Origin: a virus
Taxonomy: Duplodnaviria > Caudoviricetes
IMG/VR virus record: IMGVR_UViG_3300035687_000005
Location: 408 to 64,407 of that record
Length of the DNA: 64,000 nucleotides
Direction: 5' to 3' (one strand)
Under the pieces are notes generated by a model, which had not been told where the DNA came from, ran no database searches, and saw only the letters and a list, made by a program, of their open reading frames with translations. Positions 28,128 to 37,286 of the stretch are shown here, piece after piece (position 1 is the first letter of the stretch; each line of letters starts with the position of its first letter). A program made the translations under genes and the position numbers.

Positions 28128-30125
28128 ATGGGCCTCGGCCAGTTCATCGGCGCGTTCGCCGAGGCGGCCGCCCCGGCGCCGATCGTCGTGGCGCCGCCGT
28201 CGTGGCAGCGCCGGTTGCGCCGTTGGGCGCTGCGGAAGGCGTGGCGGATGGTGTGCCGCATCTTCCGCCGCGCGCTGTCGTGGGGTCGCGCCCTCGCGCC
28301 CTGGTATCTGGCGCTGACGGTGTGGCTCGCCGCGGCGATCGCCGGGCAGGTCGAGAACGGGTGGCGCACCCTGGTCGCCCTCGCCCTGGTCGGTGCCGCG
28401 CCCATGTACCGGTGGTTGGGTCTGCCGCTGGGCCGGCTAACGAAGCGGCGGAAGGTGAAGCCGACGGAGCAGCGCTGCTGGTACGCCGGCTTCTACGTCC
28501 TGCTGTCGGTGTGGTCGGCGGTAGGTGCGGCGTGGACGGTGCTGCCACCCTGGGCCGGGGTGCTGTGGCTGGGGACGTTCGCGACGTGGGTGCGGTGGAT
28601 GTGGCACCGCCGCACCCGCCGGGTCGAGGTCCTCGTCGGTGAGATCGTCGACGACCGGCTGACCCGGTGGGCGCGGATCGCCGGCGAGGGCAAGCCGTTG
28701 AAGGGCGCCGAGCTGGAGAACCTGAACGCCCTCGAGGAGCCGCGCCGGTGGACGGCCGACGTCGTGCTGCCGTCCGGTGACCTGACGGTGGAGAACGTGC
28801 AGTCCGCGCACCGGCGGATCTGCTCGGCGTTCTCGACCCGCCGGGACAACATCATCATCGACGAGTCGCCGGGCGGGGCGGAGGACGCCGCGGTGCTGAC
28901 GGTCGTCGAGGAGAACCCGACGCACACGGCGATCGAGTACGACGAGGGCTGGCAGAAGGAGTTCGCCCCGGGCTGCTTCGGGTTCCACACCTACGGCGAC
29001 GGGTTCCGCGGCGGCCTGCGACTGTGGCAGCCGATGTCCGGTACGGCGAACACCCTGTTCTCCGGTGACACCCGGGCGGGGAAGTCCGCGGGCATGGAAG
29101 CCGGGCTGATCCAGGCGGTGGACACCGGCCTGGTGTGGCCGATGGCCGGCGACCCGCAGGGCGGCCAATCCATGCCGGCCGTCGTCGGCGAGGCGGGCTG
29201 GGCGAAGCACAAGGCCACCGATCCGGAGTCCGTTTACAACCAGCTGCTGGCGCTGAAGGAGGCGATGTACGCGCGGTCCCGGCTGCTGCAGCGGATGAAG
29301 TGGTCGGACGCTGACGGCGAGCACGTCGGCATCGGGTTCTACGACCCGCAGGTCACCGGCCTGCCGATGATCCTCTACATCTTCGACGAGGCGCACATCG
29401 CGATGAAGGACCCGGACTGGGGCCCGTTCATCGTGCTGCTCGTCGAGGAGCTCGTGCGGATGGTCGGTAAGACCGGGATCGCGTTGTGGTTGGCCACCCA
29501 GTACCCGGGGATCGAGGACCTGGGTAACAAGATGTCGATCCGGCAGAACCTGATCGCCGGGAACGTGGTGTCGTACAAGAACTCGGCGGCTGTGGCGAAG
29601 GGCATGATCCTGCCGGCGTCAATGCCGTCGCCGTACCAGATCCCGAAGGAGACGCCGGACGGCGGCCACACGAAGGGCACGGCGGTGATCTACTCGGCGG
29701 CGCCTCGGTCGTCGCGGTCGGCGTACTCCCGGTCGGTGTGGGTGAAGCGGGCGCACCACTTCGGCGCGTTGGCGGCGGCGAAGATCCCGGTGCTGGACGA
29801 GGTGACCGGCAACGCGATGTCCCGGTACATCGACCTGCCCGGGTCGGCGCCCGCGGCGAAGGCGGTGGAGCCGCAGCGGGAGCGCATCGTCGTGGCGGCC
29901 GCGCCCGCGAGGAAGGAGCGGGCGATCGACCGGATCGTGGCGTACCTCGACGGCCGGGAGGACGGCCGGGCGCACACCGGTGTGATCGCCGAGGCGCTAG
30001 ACATGCCGAAGGGCACGGTCGGGATGACGCTGCGGCGGGCGGAGGCGTCCGGTGCGGTGCACAAGGTCCGCGACGGGGTGTGGGCGCTGGGCCGGGCGAC
30101 CGCCGAGGCCGGTGTCGCCGCGTAG
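28128..30125 (+). CDS. traB: TraB-type FtsK/SpoIIIE DNA translocase
   Basis: N-terminal TMs, Walker A GDTRAGKS, Walker B YIFDEAH, LATQYP, C-terminal wHTH (HTGVIAEALDMPKGTVGMTLRR...VHKVRDGVW). Confidence 0.85.
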   Translation: MGLGQFIGAFAEAAAPAPIVVAPPSWQRRLRRWALRKAWRMVCRIFRRALSWGRALAPWYLALTVWLAAAIAGQVENGWRTLVALALVGAAPMYRWLGLPLGRLTKRRKVKPTEQRCWYAGFYVLLSVWSAVGAAWTVLPPWAGVLWLGTFATWVRWMWHRRTRRVEVLVGEIVDDRLTRWARIAGEGKPLKGAELENLNALEEPRRWTADVVLPSGDLTVENVQSAHRRICSAFSTRRDNIIIDESPGGAEDAAVLTVVEENPTHTAIEYDEGWQKEFAPGCFGFHTYGDGFRGGLRLWQPMSGTANTLFSGDTRAGKSAGMEAGLIQAVDTGLVWPMAGDPQGGQSMPAVVGEAGWAKHKATDPESVYNQLLALKEAMYARSRLLQRMKWSDADGEHVGIGFYDPQVTGLPMILYIFDEAHIAMKDPDWGPFIVLLVEELVRMVGKTGIALWLATQYPGIEDLGNKMSIRQNLIAGNVVSYKNSAAVAKGMILPASMPSPYQIPKETPDGGHTKGTAVIYSAAPRSSRSAYSRSVWVKRAHHFGALAAAKIPVLDEVTGNAMSRYIDLPGSAPAAKAVEPQRERIVVAAAPARKERAIDRIVAYLDGREDGRAHTGVIAEALDMPKGTVGMTLRRAEASGAVHKVRDGVWALGRATAEAGVAA

Positions 30126-30140
30126 GACCTCGAGCACGAC

Positions 30141-30184
30141 AAAGAGCCGCCCACCACCTCGCGAGAGGCAGTGGGCGGCTCTTT
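30141..30184. terminator. bidirectional intrinsic terminator
   Basis: AAAGAGCCGCCCAC...GTGGGCGGCTCTTT between convergent genes. Confidence 0.8.
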
Positions 30185-30258
30185 GATGTTGCGCTGACCT
30201 GCGCTTACGGTCTGTACGGCCCGCTGACGGCTTTGGATCTCGCGCCGAGGGTGCCGGG

Positions 30259-30834
30259 CTACGCCTGCCAGCGTTTGTGCTGGATGAAGTCCGTCCAATC
30301 GTCCGGATCCGTGAACCGGGTCTTCGTGTTGCCGCCGGGCGACGCCCAGTGCAGTTCCTCGTAGATCCAGTCCAAGGCGGACGAGCAGACGACGTGCGAC
30401 GGTGGCTTCCCGTCCGGGTACTCGCGGCCGCGCTCGATGAGGTCGACGACGCGGCGGTCGAGGACCTCGGCGGCGAACAGCAGGATGGCCCGCCAGTCGT
30501 ACGGGCGGGCCATCATTGCGGTGGCGATCCGGACGGCGTCGGCGCGTTCGCTGTCGACCCGGCCGGGCTGGTCGGCGTTGGTGATGGTGTCGGGGTGGTT
30601 CAGGTAGCGGGTGAGGTCGGCCCAGCCGAAGCCGCCCGGTCGACCCTCGACGCCGCGGGCGACGCCGGCGGAGTCGTAGTGGGTGAACATGGCGACGTGG
30701 TTGTGCAGCGACGGCCGGCCTTGCAGGCGGGACCGGAGGCGGATCCACCAGCCGCCCAGGTCGTGGGTGGCGGTGACGATGACGTCGCCGGGCCGCAGGA
30801 TCTGCCCGGTGGCGGCGACCTCGGCGGCGGGCAC
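30259..30834 (-). CDS. permuted papain-like (NlpC/P60, YiiX-type) enzyme
   Basis: LRPGDVI...HNHVAMF...RPYDW...VVCSSAL...PDD; His precedes Cys. Confidence 0.7.
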   Translation of the reverse strand: MPAAEVAATGQILRPGDVIVTATHDLGGWWIRLRSRLQGRPSLHNHVAMFTHYDSAGVARGVEGRPGGFGWADLTRYLNHPDTITNADQPGRVDSERADAVRIATAMMARPYDWRAILLFAAEVLDRRVVDLIERGREYPDGKPPSHVVCSSALDWIYEELHWASPGGNTKTRFTDPDDWTDFIQHKRWQA

Positions 30835-30838
30835 CCGG

Positions 30839-31198
30839 CTACACCACGTCGCCGTCGATGACCGCTGATGCCGGGACCCTGGCCACGACCTGGGTGCGGA
30901 CGAACATGGCCACGACACCGCCGACGAGGCTCATGATGACGGCCTGGTGCTCGGCGTCGATGTGCAGGCCGAAGCCGACGGCGAGCGCGAGGAGGGCCTG
31001 GGCGACGCCGAGGATTCCGGCGACGAGGCCGTCGCCGACGACGTTCGCGACGATGAGGCCGGCGGCGGCGGTCGCTGCGGCGTTGAGGAGGGCCTGCTGG
31101 CCGTCGGTGAGGTCGAGGACGAACGCGGCGAGGAACCGGACGGCGGTGGCGAAGAGGGTCAGGAAGACTGCGGGCTCCCTGCCGAAGAACTTGGGCAT
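30839..31198 (-). CDS. holin
   Basis: MPKFFGREPA...4 TM...FVRTQV, typical actinophage holin. Confidence 0.75.
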   Translation of the reverse strand: MPKFFGREPAVFLTLFATAVRFLAAFVLDLTDGQQALLNAAATAAAGLIVANVVGDGLVAGILGVAQALLALAVGFGLHIDAEHQAVIMSLVGGVVAMFVRTQVVARVPASAVIDGDVV

Positions 31199-31228
31199 GA
31201 CGACTCCCTGATCGGTGAGGATGTGCGG

Positions 31229-31537
31229 ATGGATCGGGTGGTGTTGCACCTCGAGCACGGCGTGGGCCGGGTCAAGGCGTGGCAGTGCGCGCCGCCGGAG
31301 TCGTACCGGTGCCGCACGATCTCGATCGGCACCCTGGCCGGCGGCCGGTGGTGGGCGAACCACACCGGTGTGCACGGCGGGGCGTTCCTATGCCGGGACC
31401 GGGCGCACGCGCAGGAGGTCGCCGACGGGTGGATGGACGGCGGCGAGTGGTGGGAGGTGCCGGCGGAGTTCGGCCCAGACGGTCAGCCGACGGAGCCGGG
31501 GTGGGTGCGACGCGGCGGCAGCTGGTTCCCGGCGTGA
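31229..31537 (+). CDS. hypothetical protein (moron)
   Basis: Trp-rich 102 aa. Confidence 0.5.
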   Translation: MDRVVLHLEHGVGRVKAWQCAPPESYRCRTISIGTLAGGRWWANHTGVHGGAFLCRDRAHAQEVADGWMDGGEWWEVPAEFGPDGQPTEPGWVRRGGSWFPA

Positions 31538-31608
31538 CCGATACGGTGGCTCGGATCGCTGCTCAGGAGGCCCGGCAGCCTGGCTGATCTCGGCGTAGCG
31601 TCGCCGGG

Positions 31609-31836
31609 GTGGAGGTCGAAGCGGCCATGCGGACACCCGACGGGCAGTGGCGCGTCGAGATCGTCCGGCGTGGTCGTAGCCGCTGGTATCGGGTGGTGCA
31701 CGGCGACAACGAGATCGACTGGCTGTCGATCGCCGCAGTGCAGCGGATCCTCACCGAGGCCGGGGTCGACATGGCCACGCTGATCGACGTGACTGACGAG
31801 CCGTCGGCGGACGACGGGCACCACGGCGCAGCGTGA
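31609..31836 (+). CDS. hypothetical protein (moron)
   Basis: -10-like TAGCGT just before the GTG. Confidence 0.55.
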   Translation: MEVEAAMRTPDGQWRVEIVRRGRSRWYRVVHGDNEIDWLSIAAVQRILTEAGVDMATLIDVTDEPSADDGHHGAA

Positions 31837-31934
31837 GCGTCAGCTGCCTCGAATCCCGTCCGCATCTGGTCACCCGTCCGGGGTGGGCCGTCTGCCCGGT
31901 TCCCGGCGCATCGACACCTAGCTACCTTGGCCTG

Positions 31935-32129
31935 ATGTCTCTCGTGAAAAAGATCGAGTCGGAGTTGAACAAGGTCGTCGATGCTTTGGCGGACGGCATC
32001 CCCCCGGCGGAAGGTCAGCAGCGCGGCGCCGGGTCGGGTACGCCGTCCGGGGACCGGGTTGTCCTGCCTATCGAGATGGTCGCCCGAATCGCTGCTGAGG
32101 TCGCCGAGGAGGACTTCCGGCAACGCTGA
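31935..32129 (+). CDS. hypothetical protein (moron)
   Basis: TACCTT 6 nt before the ATG. Confidence 0.45.
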   Translation: MSLVKKIESELNKVVDALADGIPPAEGQQRGAGSGTPSGDRVVLPIEMVARIAAEVAEEDFRQR

Positions 32130-32177
32130 CAGTTGCGGTGTCGAAACCCGTGCCGAGCAGGTGAGACGATGGACGGC

Positions 32178-32387
32178 ATGGACGTTGAGGATCCGTTTGG
32201 CCCGGTCATGCGGCACGTCGGCGGGTGCGGACGCCTGCACGCGTACGGCTCGGCCTGCCCCGACGGCGATCCGGCAGGGCATGAGGTGAGAGACCTCGAG
32301 CACGACATCACGACCCTCGGAGACCTCGCCCGGGGGGTGCGCGTGTTCCTGCGTCACGACAGCTCTAGGCGCGAAGAGCCCGCGTAG
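32178..32387 (+). CDS. hypothetical protein (moron)
   Basis: CGRLH...C motif; start uncertain. Confidence 0.4.
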   Translation: MDVEDPFGPVMRHVGGCGRLHAYGSACPDGDPAGHEVRDLEHDITTLGDLARGVRVFLRHDSSRREEPA

Positions 32388-32407
32388 AGCTACGGTGTCG
32401 TACCGGA

Positions 32408-32938
32408 CTACTCCTGCGCCTGCTCCCATTCGGCCAGGGCGGCCTTGCCCTTCTCGGTGAGGCTGTACGGCGTGTAGGTGATCCCGAGGACTCGGAGCAC
32501 CCCGAACTCAGGATCGCGGGGCTCGGGGCTCACCATCTCTGCCTCGAGCAGCTTGTCCAGCATCAGGTCTTCGCCCTGGGTCAGGTCGTGCGGCCGGGCG
32601 TTCCCGTCGAACCGCCGGCGGGCCCCGTCATTGAGGTGGCTCATCCAGCCGCGGCGTACCTTCACCAGCACGTGGGCCTGGTCGCTGTTCAGCTCCGTCG
32701 TCACCGGCATGGCGGCGGCGCGAGCGGCCCGCTCAGCCTCAGCGCGCTGCTGTGCCAGCACCCGCTCGACTCGGGCGTTCTCCCGGATCAGGGCACGCTC
32801 GACGTAGGCCGTCTCGGTGATGCCTAGCTGCGTCGCCAGCTCGGCGGCCCGGTCCCACGTCGCGCCGATCCGCACATTCCGCTTCGTCGTCTGCCCAGTC
32901 GCGGGCCTGCCTGGCTTCTTCTTCGGCTGCTGCTCCAT
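32408..32938 (-). CDS. ribbon-helix-helix-like DNA-binding protein
   Basis: PGRPATGQTTKRNVRIG..WDRA...GITETAYVERAL. Confidence 0.65.
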   Translation of the reverse strand: MEQQPKKKPGRPATGQTTKRNVRIGATWDRAAELATQLGITETAYVERALIRENARVERVLAQQRAEAERAARAAAMPVTTELNSDQAHVLVKVRRGWMSHLNDGARRRFDGNARPHDLTQGEDLMLDKLLEAEMVSPEPRDPEFGVLRVLGITYTPYSLTEKGKAALAEWEQAQE

Positions 32939-32947
32939 GCGGGTAAA

Positions 32948-33014
32948 TGTACCACAAGAATCTTGGCGCAGCCTCTTGCGGACCGTCGCCTGGCCTGCCT
33001 ATTATTGTGGTACA
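32948..33014. promoter_or_regulatory. divergent promoter with inverted 10-bp operator
   Basis: TGTACCACAA (32948) and TTGTGGTACA (33005). Confidence 0.55.
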
Positions 33015-33043
33015 GAAACAAGCAGCGAACAGGGGAGACGGAA

Positions 33044-33217
33044 ATGGCTTGGAAGATTGAACTCAGCTCGGCGGCCACGAAGGTCCTGCGGGAAGCCACC
33101 AAGACCGGATGGGTCGACTCGGACCACGAGCTCGAAGTCGCCGAGCTGGTCCGGGCACGCCTTGTGTACGACGGAGCGGTCACCGGCGCCGGCTACGAGC
33201 GAGCCAACCAGCGCTGA
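33044..33217 (+). CDS. small hypothetical protein
   Basis: RBS GGGGAG; terminator hairpin at 33226-33262. Confidence 0.5.
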   Translation: MAWKIELSSAATKVLREATKTGWVDSDHELEVAELVRARLVYDGAVTGAGYERANQR

Positions 33218-33329
33218 ACACAGGCAAGCGCCTCATCTTCCGGAAGGGAGGTGGGGCGCTTTCCTTTGCCACGATTACGCTGACGTGTCTCTGGCCCCCC
33301 GGCAGAGCCGCGCGGACGAAGCCGTGCTT

Positions 33330-33704
33330 TCAGAGCTGCAGTCCGACCGCCAAGGCCTCAGAGATCTCTCTCATGATGTGGTCGGGTAGCTGGGGATGCT
33401 TCGCTATCCGCAAGTGACGCTGCTGAACGGTGAAGATCCACCGACAGTCGATGACCGTCAGGTGATCGAAGCCATGATTCTCGTCGACGAAAACCTCGAA
33501 CGGTCTCGCCATTGGATTGGCCAGGCGCGACGACGGGAGGGTGCTGGCGACGACGATGGCGACCTCACTAGTGTTCGCGAAGTCCTGTCCGCCCTGCAGG
33601 GTCACGACATACTTCAGCTTCGGAACGGTACCGGGAGGATCCGCTCCAGCGGGGCTCCGGTCTGGCAGCTGGAGCATGCACGGACGCACTTCACCTCGGT
33701 CCAC
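33330..33704 (-). CDS. PemK/MazF-like endoribonuclease toxin
   Basis: RGEV...KLKYVVTLQ...VAIVVAST...TVIDCRWIFTV...LPDHIMREISEALAVGLQL; start may be 33725. Confidence 0.7.
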   Translation of the reverse strand: MDRGEVRPCMLQLPDRSPAGADPPGTVPKLKYVVTLQGGQDFANTSEVAIVVASTLPSSRLANPMARPFEVFVDENHGFDHLTVIDCRWIFTVQQRHLRIAKHPQLPDHIMREISEALAVGLQL

Positions 33705-33711
33705 CGGCGCT

Positions 33712-34044
33712 TCAGTCCTGCGCATTCCAGGGACTGGTGCTCGCCTGCAGCTCCTGGAACGCGGCGACGAGGCAGGCGCGTTCCGCAACCTCGTCCGGTG
33801 AATCGTCGAACATGGGCATGGTCCGACGGCGCCGTGCCGCAGCCTCCCGAAGGGCCGCAAGGCGGTCGCGGGGGCCTCCGTCGAGATCCCGCCTGGCGCG
33901 TTCAACAACGGCGGCCGCGGCCGAAGTAGTGGATATCCACGAGCCTGCGAAAAGGAAGCCGCTCTGGGTAGATGGCATATCGATCACAAGCTCGGCGGAT
34001 GAAGACCCACCGAGATCCGGCACGAAGAGGAGCTGTCCCGTCAT
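33712..34044 (-). CDS. putative antitoxin
   Basis: Directly upstream of the PemK-like gene; acidic C-terminus. Confidence 0.45.
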   Translation of the reverse strand: MTGQLLFVPDLGGSSSAELVIDMPSTQSGFLFAGSWISTTSAAAAVVERARRDLDGGPRDRLAALREAAARRRRTMPMFDDSPDEVAERACLVAAFQELQASTSPWNAQD

Positions 34045-34388
34045 GACTGCCTCCCATGCTTCTGCTCTTCAATCTTGGCGAGTGTCTGGACGAGCAGCGC
34101 CGACCACTCCTTGAGTCGGCCGACCGAGATGCTCAACCGAACCACCGGCTCCACGGCGACGTTTTTGATCTCCGCGTAGTGAGCCCTCTGCTGTTCGTCC
34201 GAACCAACTACGACCGGCGGGCTCACGTGTCCGACCGTCAGCAACACCATGTCGGGTTCTAGCCCGAGCGAGTCGACCTGTGCCAGCAGTTGATTCGCCG
34301 CCAGGACTGGCAGCGTCTCAAGCTTGCTCCAGATGACGGGCACCGCGAAGACTCTCGCGTCCTCGTCGCCCCCAGGCTCAGCGCTGAT
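34041..34388 (-). CDS. DUF3467-like protein
   Basis: PVLAANQLLAQ...VLLTVGHVSPP...EPVVRLSIS pattern; start uncertain. Confidence 0.45.
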   Translation of the reverse strand: MSAEPGGDEDARVFAVPVIWSKLETLPVLAANQLLAQVDSLGLEPDMVLLTVGHVSPPVVVGSDEQQRAHYAEIKNVAVEPVVRLSISVGRLKEWSALLVQTLAKIEEQKHGRQS

Positions 34389-34610
34389 CTTGCACCTCCG
34401 ACATCCCCACTCCTGCAATGGTCCCACAGTCAATCACGGCCGCATCGGCCGCGCGGGGCAGATAGAAGAGGATGGGAAAGTTCTAAAGACCGTCAAAAGG
34501 CCCATACCCGCCCACTGAAATGGGGGTGCGTCATGAGGGCGCACCGAGGGTTACGTGGTGGTATGGCGCGCGCCGGGCCCGGGGAGGTCGGGCCAGACCC
34601 GGCGCGCGGC

Positions 34611-34925
34611 TCACGGGCGGCGCCGCATCCGGAGCAGGATGAACACCCGCCCCCAGACGAAGAACCCGATCGACGCCCATGCCGCGAACCGGATCACGTC
34701 CCGGTGCGGCCAGTCGGTACCGAAGATGATCGCCGCGACCGCCAGCGCTGACACCACCGTTATGGCTGCCATCAACCCCATGACGTTGCGGCCCACACCA
34801 CTGTCGCGCCACGCCCCCCGCGTCGACCACGCGTACGAGCAGACGAACACCAGCGCACCGAGCCACGTCGCGACGACGACCGCGTTCACCCACCACGGCG
34901 ACGACACCTGCTGGCACGAATTCAC
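34611..34925 (-). CDS. lysis-cassette membrane protein (holin-like)
   Basis: 3 TM, WRDSGVGRNVMG. Confidence 0.65.
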   Translation of the reverse strand: MNSCQQVSSPWWVNAVVVATWLGALVFVCSYAWSTRGAWRDSGVGRNVMGLMAAITVVSALAVAAIIFGTDWPHRDVIRFAAWASIGFFVWGRVFILLRMRRRP

Positions 34926-35137
34926 CGGTGCCCCCAAAACGTGTCACTGATCAGCTCAGCGAAATGGTTGACCCGGCCGTTGCGGCGCAGGTCCGCGGCG
35001 GCCTGGCGCACCTCACCTGTCCGCCCCTTCGCCTGCTCCAACGCCCGCTCCGCATGCCTGCGGGCCCTCGTGGCCTCTTCGATGTCATCGACCACCGGCT
35101 CCGCCTTCGGCTGCTTCCTGCTCCATGGCCACCTCAT
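34922..35137 (-). CDS. lysis-cassette small protein
   Basis: MRWPW...NHFAELI. Confidence 0.65.
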   Translation of the reverse strand: MRWPWSRKQPKAEPVVDDIEEATRARRHAERALEQAKGRTGEVRQAAADLRRNGRVNHFAELISDTFWGHR

Positions 35138-35448
35138 CGTCGCTTCTCCTGAGAGGCCTGCCTGAGGCCTTCGATGAGTGCGTTGGTGGTGCGGTTCGCG
35201 TTGAGCAACTCGGTCAGCTGGCGGGCCAATACGTCGTTGCGTTCGTCCTGCGCATGCGCCGCGGCCCGCCACTCGTCACCGCGGGCCTGCGACTCGGCGA
35301 GGCGGGCGTCGCGGTCCGTGCGGACATCCTCGAGGGACTTCCGGGGCACCAGACGGCCGGTGAGGATCCCCAGGACGAACAGGGCGAGGACCCCGACCGC
35401 GCCGCCCTGGATGACGATCGACGCGGGCAGGCCGAGCAGTGCCTCCAC
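35134..35448 (-). CDS. lysis-cassette membrane protein
   Basis: TM then ILTGRLVPR and coiled coil. Confidence 0.7.
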   Translation of the reverse strand: MEALLGLPASIVIQGGAVGVLALFVLGILTGRLVPRKSLEDVRTDRDARLAESQARGDEWRAAAHAQDERNDVLARQLTELLNANRTTNALIEGLRQASQEKRR

Positions 35449-35451
35449 AGG

Positions 35452-36456
35452 TCAGGAGGCCAGCCGCGTCGACATCAGGTTCAGCAGCGCCTCGGCGTCG
35501 GGCTTCCCCAGCTTCGCCTCCAGCGCGATGGCGAGCGCCTCGACGTCGACGGGCGCGTCGTCCGCCGCGCCGATCGCGGCGGTCAGGGTGAGCGTGCTCG
35601 CGCCGATCGCGGCCTTCACCGGGTCCACGATGACGGTACGCAGCGCCGCCGCGAGCTGCCTGGCGGTCGGCGTGGTCGGTGCCGCGGCCTGGGTGAACAC
35701 CTCGTGCAGGCCCTGGACGATGGCCGGCTCCAGGGCGTCACGCCCCTCGCCGGACTTCAGGAACGCGATCATCTCCGTCTTGTTCATGTCGTCCCTTCCC
35801 GGCGCGACGAGCGCCTTCAGTTCGTCGATCGTTCCCCGGTACGCGTTGGCGTCGCAGCTGCCCTGGCCTGCGATGCGGGCCTGGCTGCCGTACTGCAGGA
35901 TGGTCGGCACCTGACCTGAGTAGGCCGCCCACCGCCCGGATGTGTCGCCCGGGTACAGGGCCCGGTAGTCGCCCGCAGGGTTCGTGCCGTACGAGCTGGC
36001 CCACAGCGGATAACCCAGCCCGGCGAGCCGGTCCCCGTACACCCACTTCGGGGCGTACACCACCGGCCGGAAGCCGGGCGCCCGGGCGGCCAGGCGGGCA
36101 CAGAACGCCTTCACCTCCGCCGGTGACGGCTCCGGGGACGTGCCCCAGGACTCGCAGTCGGCCTGCAGGATGAACGGTTCGTCGCGCCACCCGGGCGCCT
36201 TCGCGTCCAGCAGGACCAGGAACCGGTCGGCCTGCGCCACCTCGTCACCGGGGCGCAGCACGTAGTAGGCGCCCAGCAGCGGGATGCCGGCGCGCTGCGC
36301 CTTGGCGTAGAAATCGTCGAACCTCGTGTCGGTGTAGCCCCACCCCTCGCCGATCTTGTGGGTGGCGAAGGTGATGCCTCCGGCCTTCGCCGCGGCGAGG
36401 TCCATCGACCCGCGGTCCCAGTCGTAGTGGCTGGCATCCCACCCGAAGACCGTCAT
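35452..36456 (-). CDS. endolysin, GH25 muramidase
   Basis: GWDASHYD, KIGEG, GAYYV, QADCE, LWASSY, ILQY, CDANAY. Confidence 0.9.
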   Translation of the reverse strand: MTVFGWDASHYDWDRGSMDLAAAKAGGITFATHKIGEGWGYTDTRFDDFYAKAQRAGIPLLGAYYVLRPGDEVAQADRFLVLLDAKAPGWRDEPFILQADCESWGTSPEPSPAEVKAFCARLAARAPGFRPVVYAPKWVYGDRLAGLGYPLWASSYGTNPAGDYRALYPGDTSGRWAAYSGQVPTILQYGSQARIAGQGSCDANAYRGTIDELKALVAPGRDDMNKTEMIAFLKSGEGRDALEPAIVQGLHEVFTQAAAPTTPTARQLAAALRTVIVDPVKAAIGASTLTLTAAIGAADDAPVDVEALAIALEAKLGKPDAEALLNLMSTRLAS

Positions 36457-36466
36457 GGTTCCCTCC

Positions 36467-36727
36467 TCAGCCCTGCGTCGGGGGTTGCAGCGGCGTCGGC
36501 GGCCACGGCTCGGTCGCCGCAGCGTTCAGCGCCGCCTGGAACTCCGCGTCGGTCGCGAGGCCCTTGTCGACGATCACCTTGATCACGACGCCGAGGAGCG
36601 CGAACATCACCGTCATCAACGCCCGGGTCTCGACACCGGTGTACCGGAAGTCGACGCCGAGGTACGGCCCTGCGACGTTCACCGTCCAGTTCCGTAGCGC
36701 GGTGTGGTAGGCGATCACGGTCGTCAT
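36467..36727 (-). CDS. hypothetical protein
   Basis: Between tail genes and lysin. Confidence 0.55.
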   Translation of the reverse strand: MTTVIAYHTALRNWTVNVAGPYLGVDFRYTGVETRALMTVMFALLGVVIKVIVDKGLATDAEFQAALNAAATEPWPPTPLQPPTQG

Positions 36728-36743
36728 CGGTCTCCTCGGTCGG

Positions 36744-37283
36744 TCAGAGCGCCATCACGGCGATGTGCCGGATGCCGAACGTGGACGTGCCGGTCGAGCA
36801 GTTGTACTTCAGGGTGAACACGTTCGACCCGGAGGTCAGGCCCGTGGCGTAGTTGCTGGTGCCGATCCGGGCCAGGTCGCCGGCGTTACCGGACTCGAGG
36901 ATCGTCGACCAGTTGTCCGCCGCGGCGATCGCGCTCGCACCGGACACCGCGTACGACATGCGGGAGAAGCCGCCGAGGACCGAGTTGTTCATCTTGGCCT
37001 GCTGCCAGACCAACGCCTGCGTGCCCGTCGTCAACGTCACCGCCGGGCCTCCCGTGGCGAGGTCGGCGTACGTCGTCGACGTCGTGGTCTCATCGGTGCC
37101 GACGTACGCCCCGGCGATCGCCCGCTCGGCGATCGCGTTGGCGCCGGTCGCGACGAAGATCCGCCCGGCGGTCGTCGCCTTCGCCGGGGCCGTCTCGTTC
37201 AGGTTGTCCCGCACTGAGGCGTTCCACTGCGCGGCCGTCAGTGCGGCGTTGCTGACCGCGGTCAGCGGCGAACTCCACGCCAC
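36744..37283 (-). CDS. minor tail protein
   Basis: MAWSSPLTAV..LTAAQWNASVRDNL, typical actinophage tail-tip N-terminus. Confidence 0.7.
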   Translation of the reverse strand: MAWSSPLTAVSNAALTAAQWNASVRDNLNETAPAKATTAGRIFVATGANAIAERAIAGAYVGTDETTTSTTYADLATGGPAVTLTTGTQALVWQQAKMNNSVLGGFSRMSYAVSGASAIAAADNWSTILESGNAGDLARIGTSNYATGLTSGSNVFTLKYNCSTGTSTFGIRHIAVMAL

Positions 37284-37286
37284 GGT

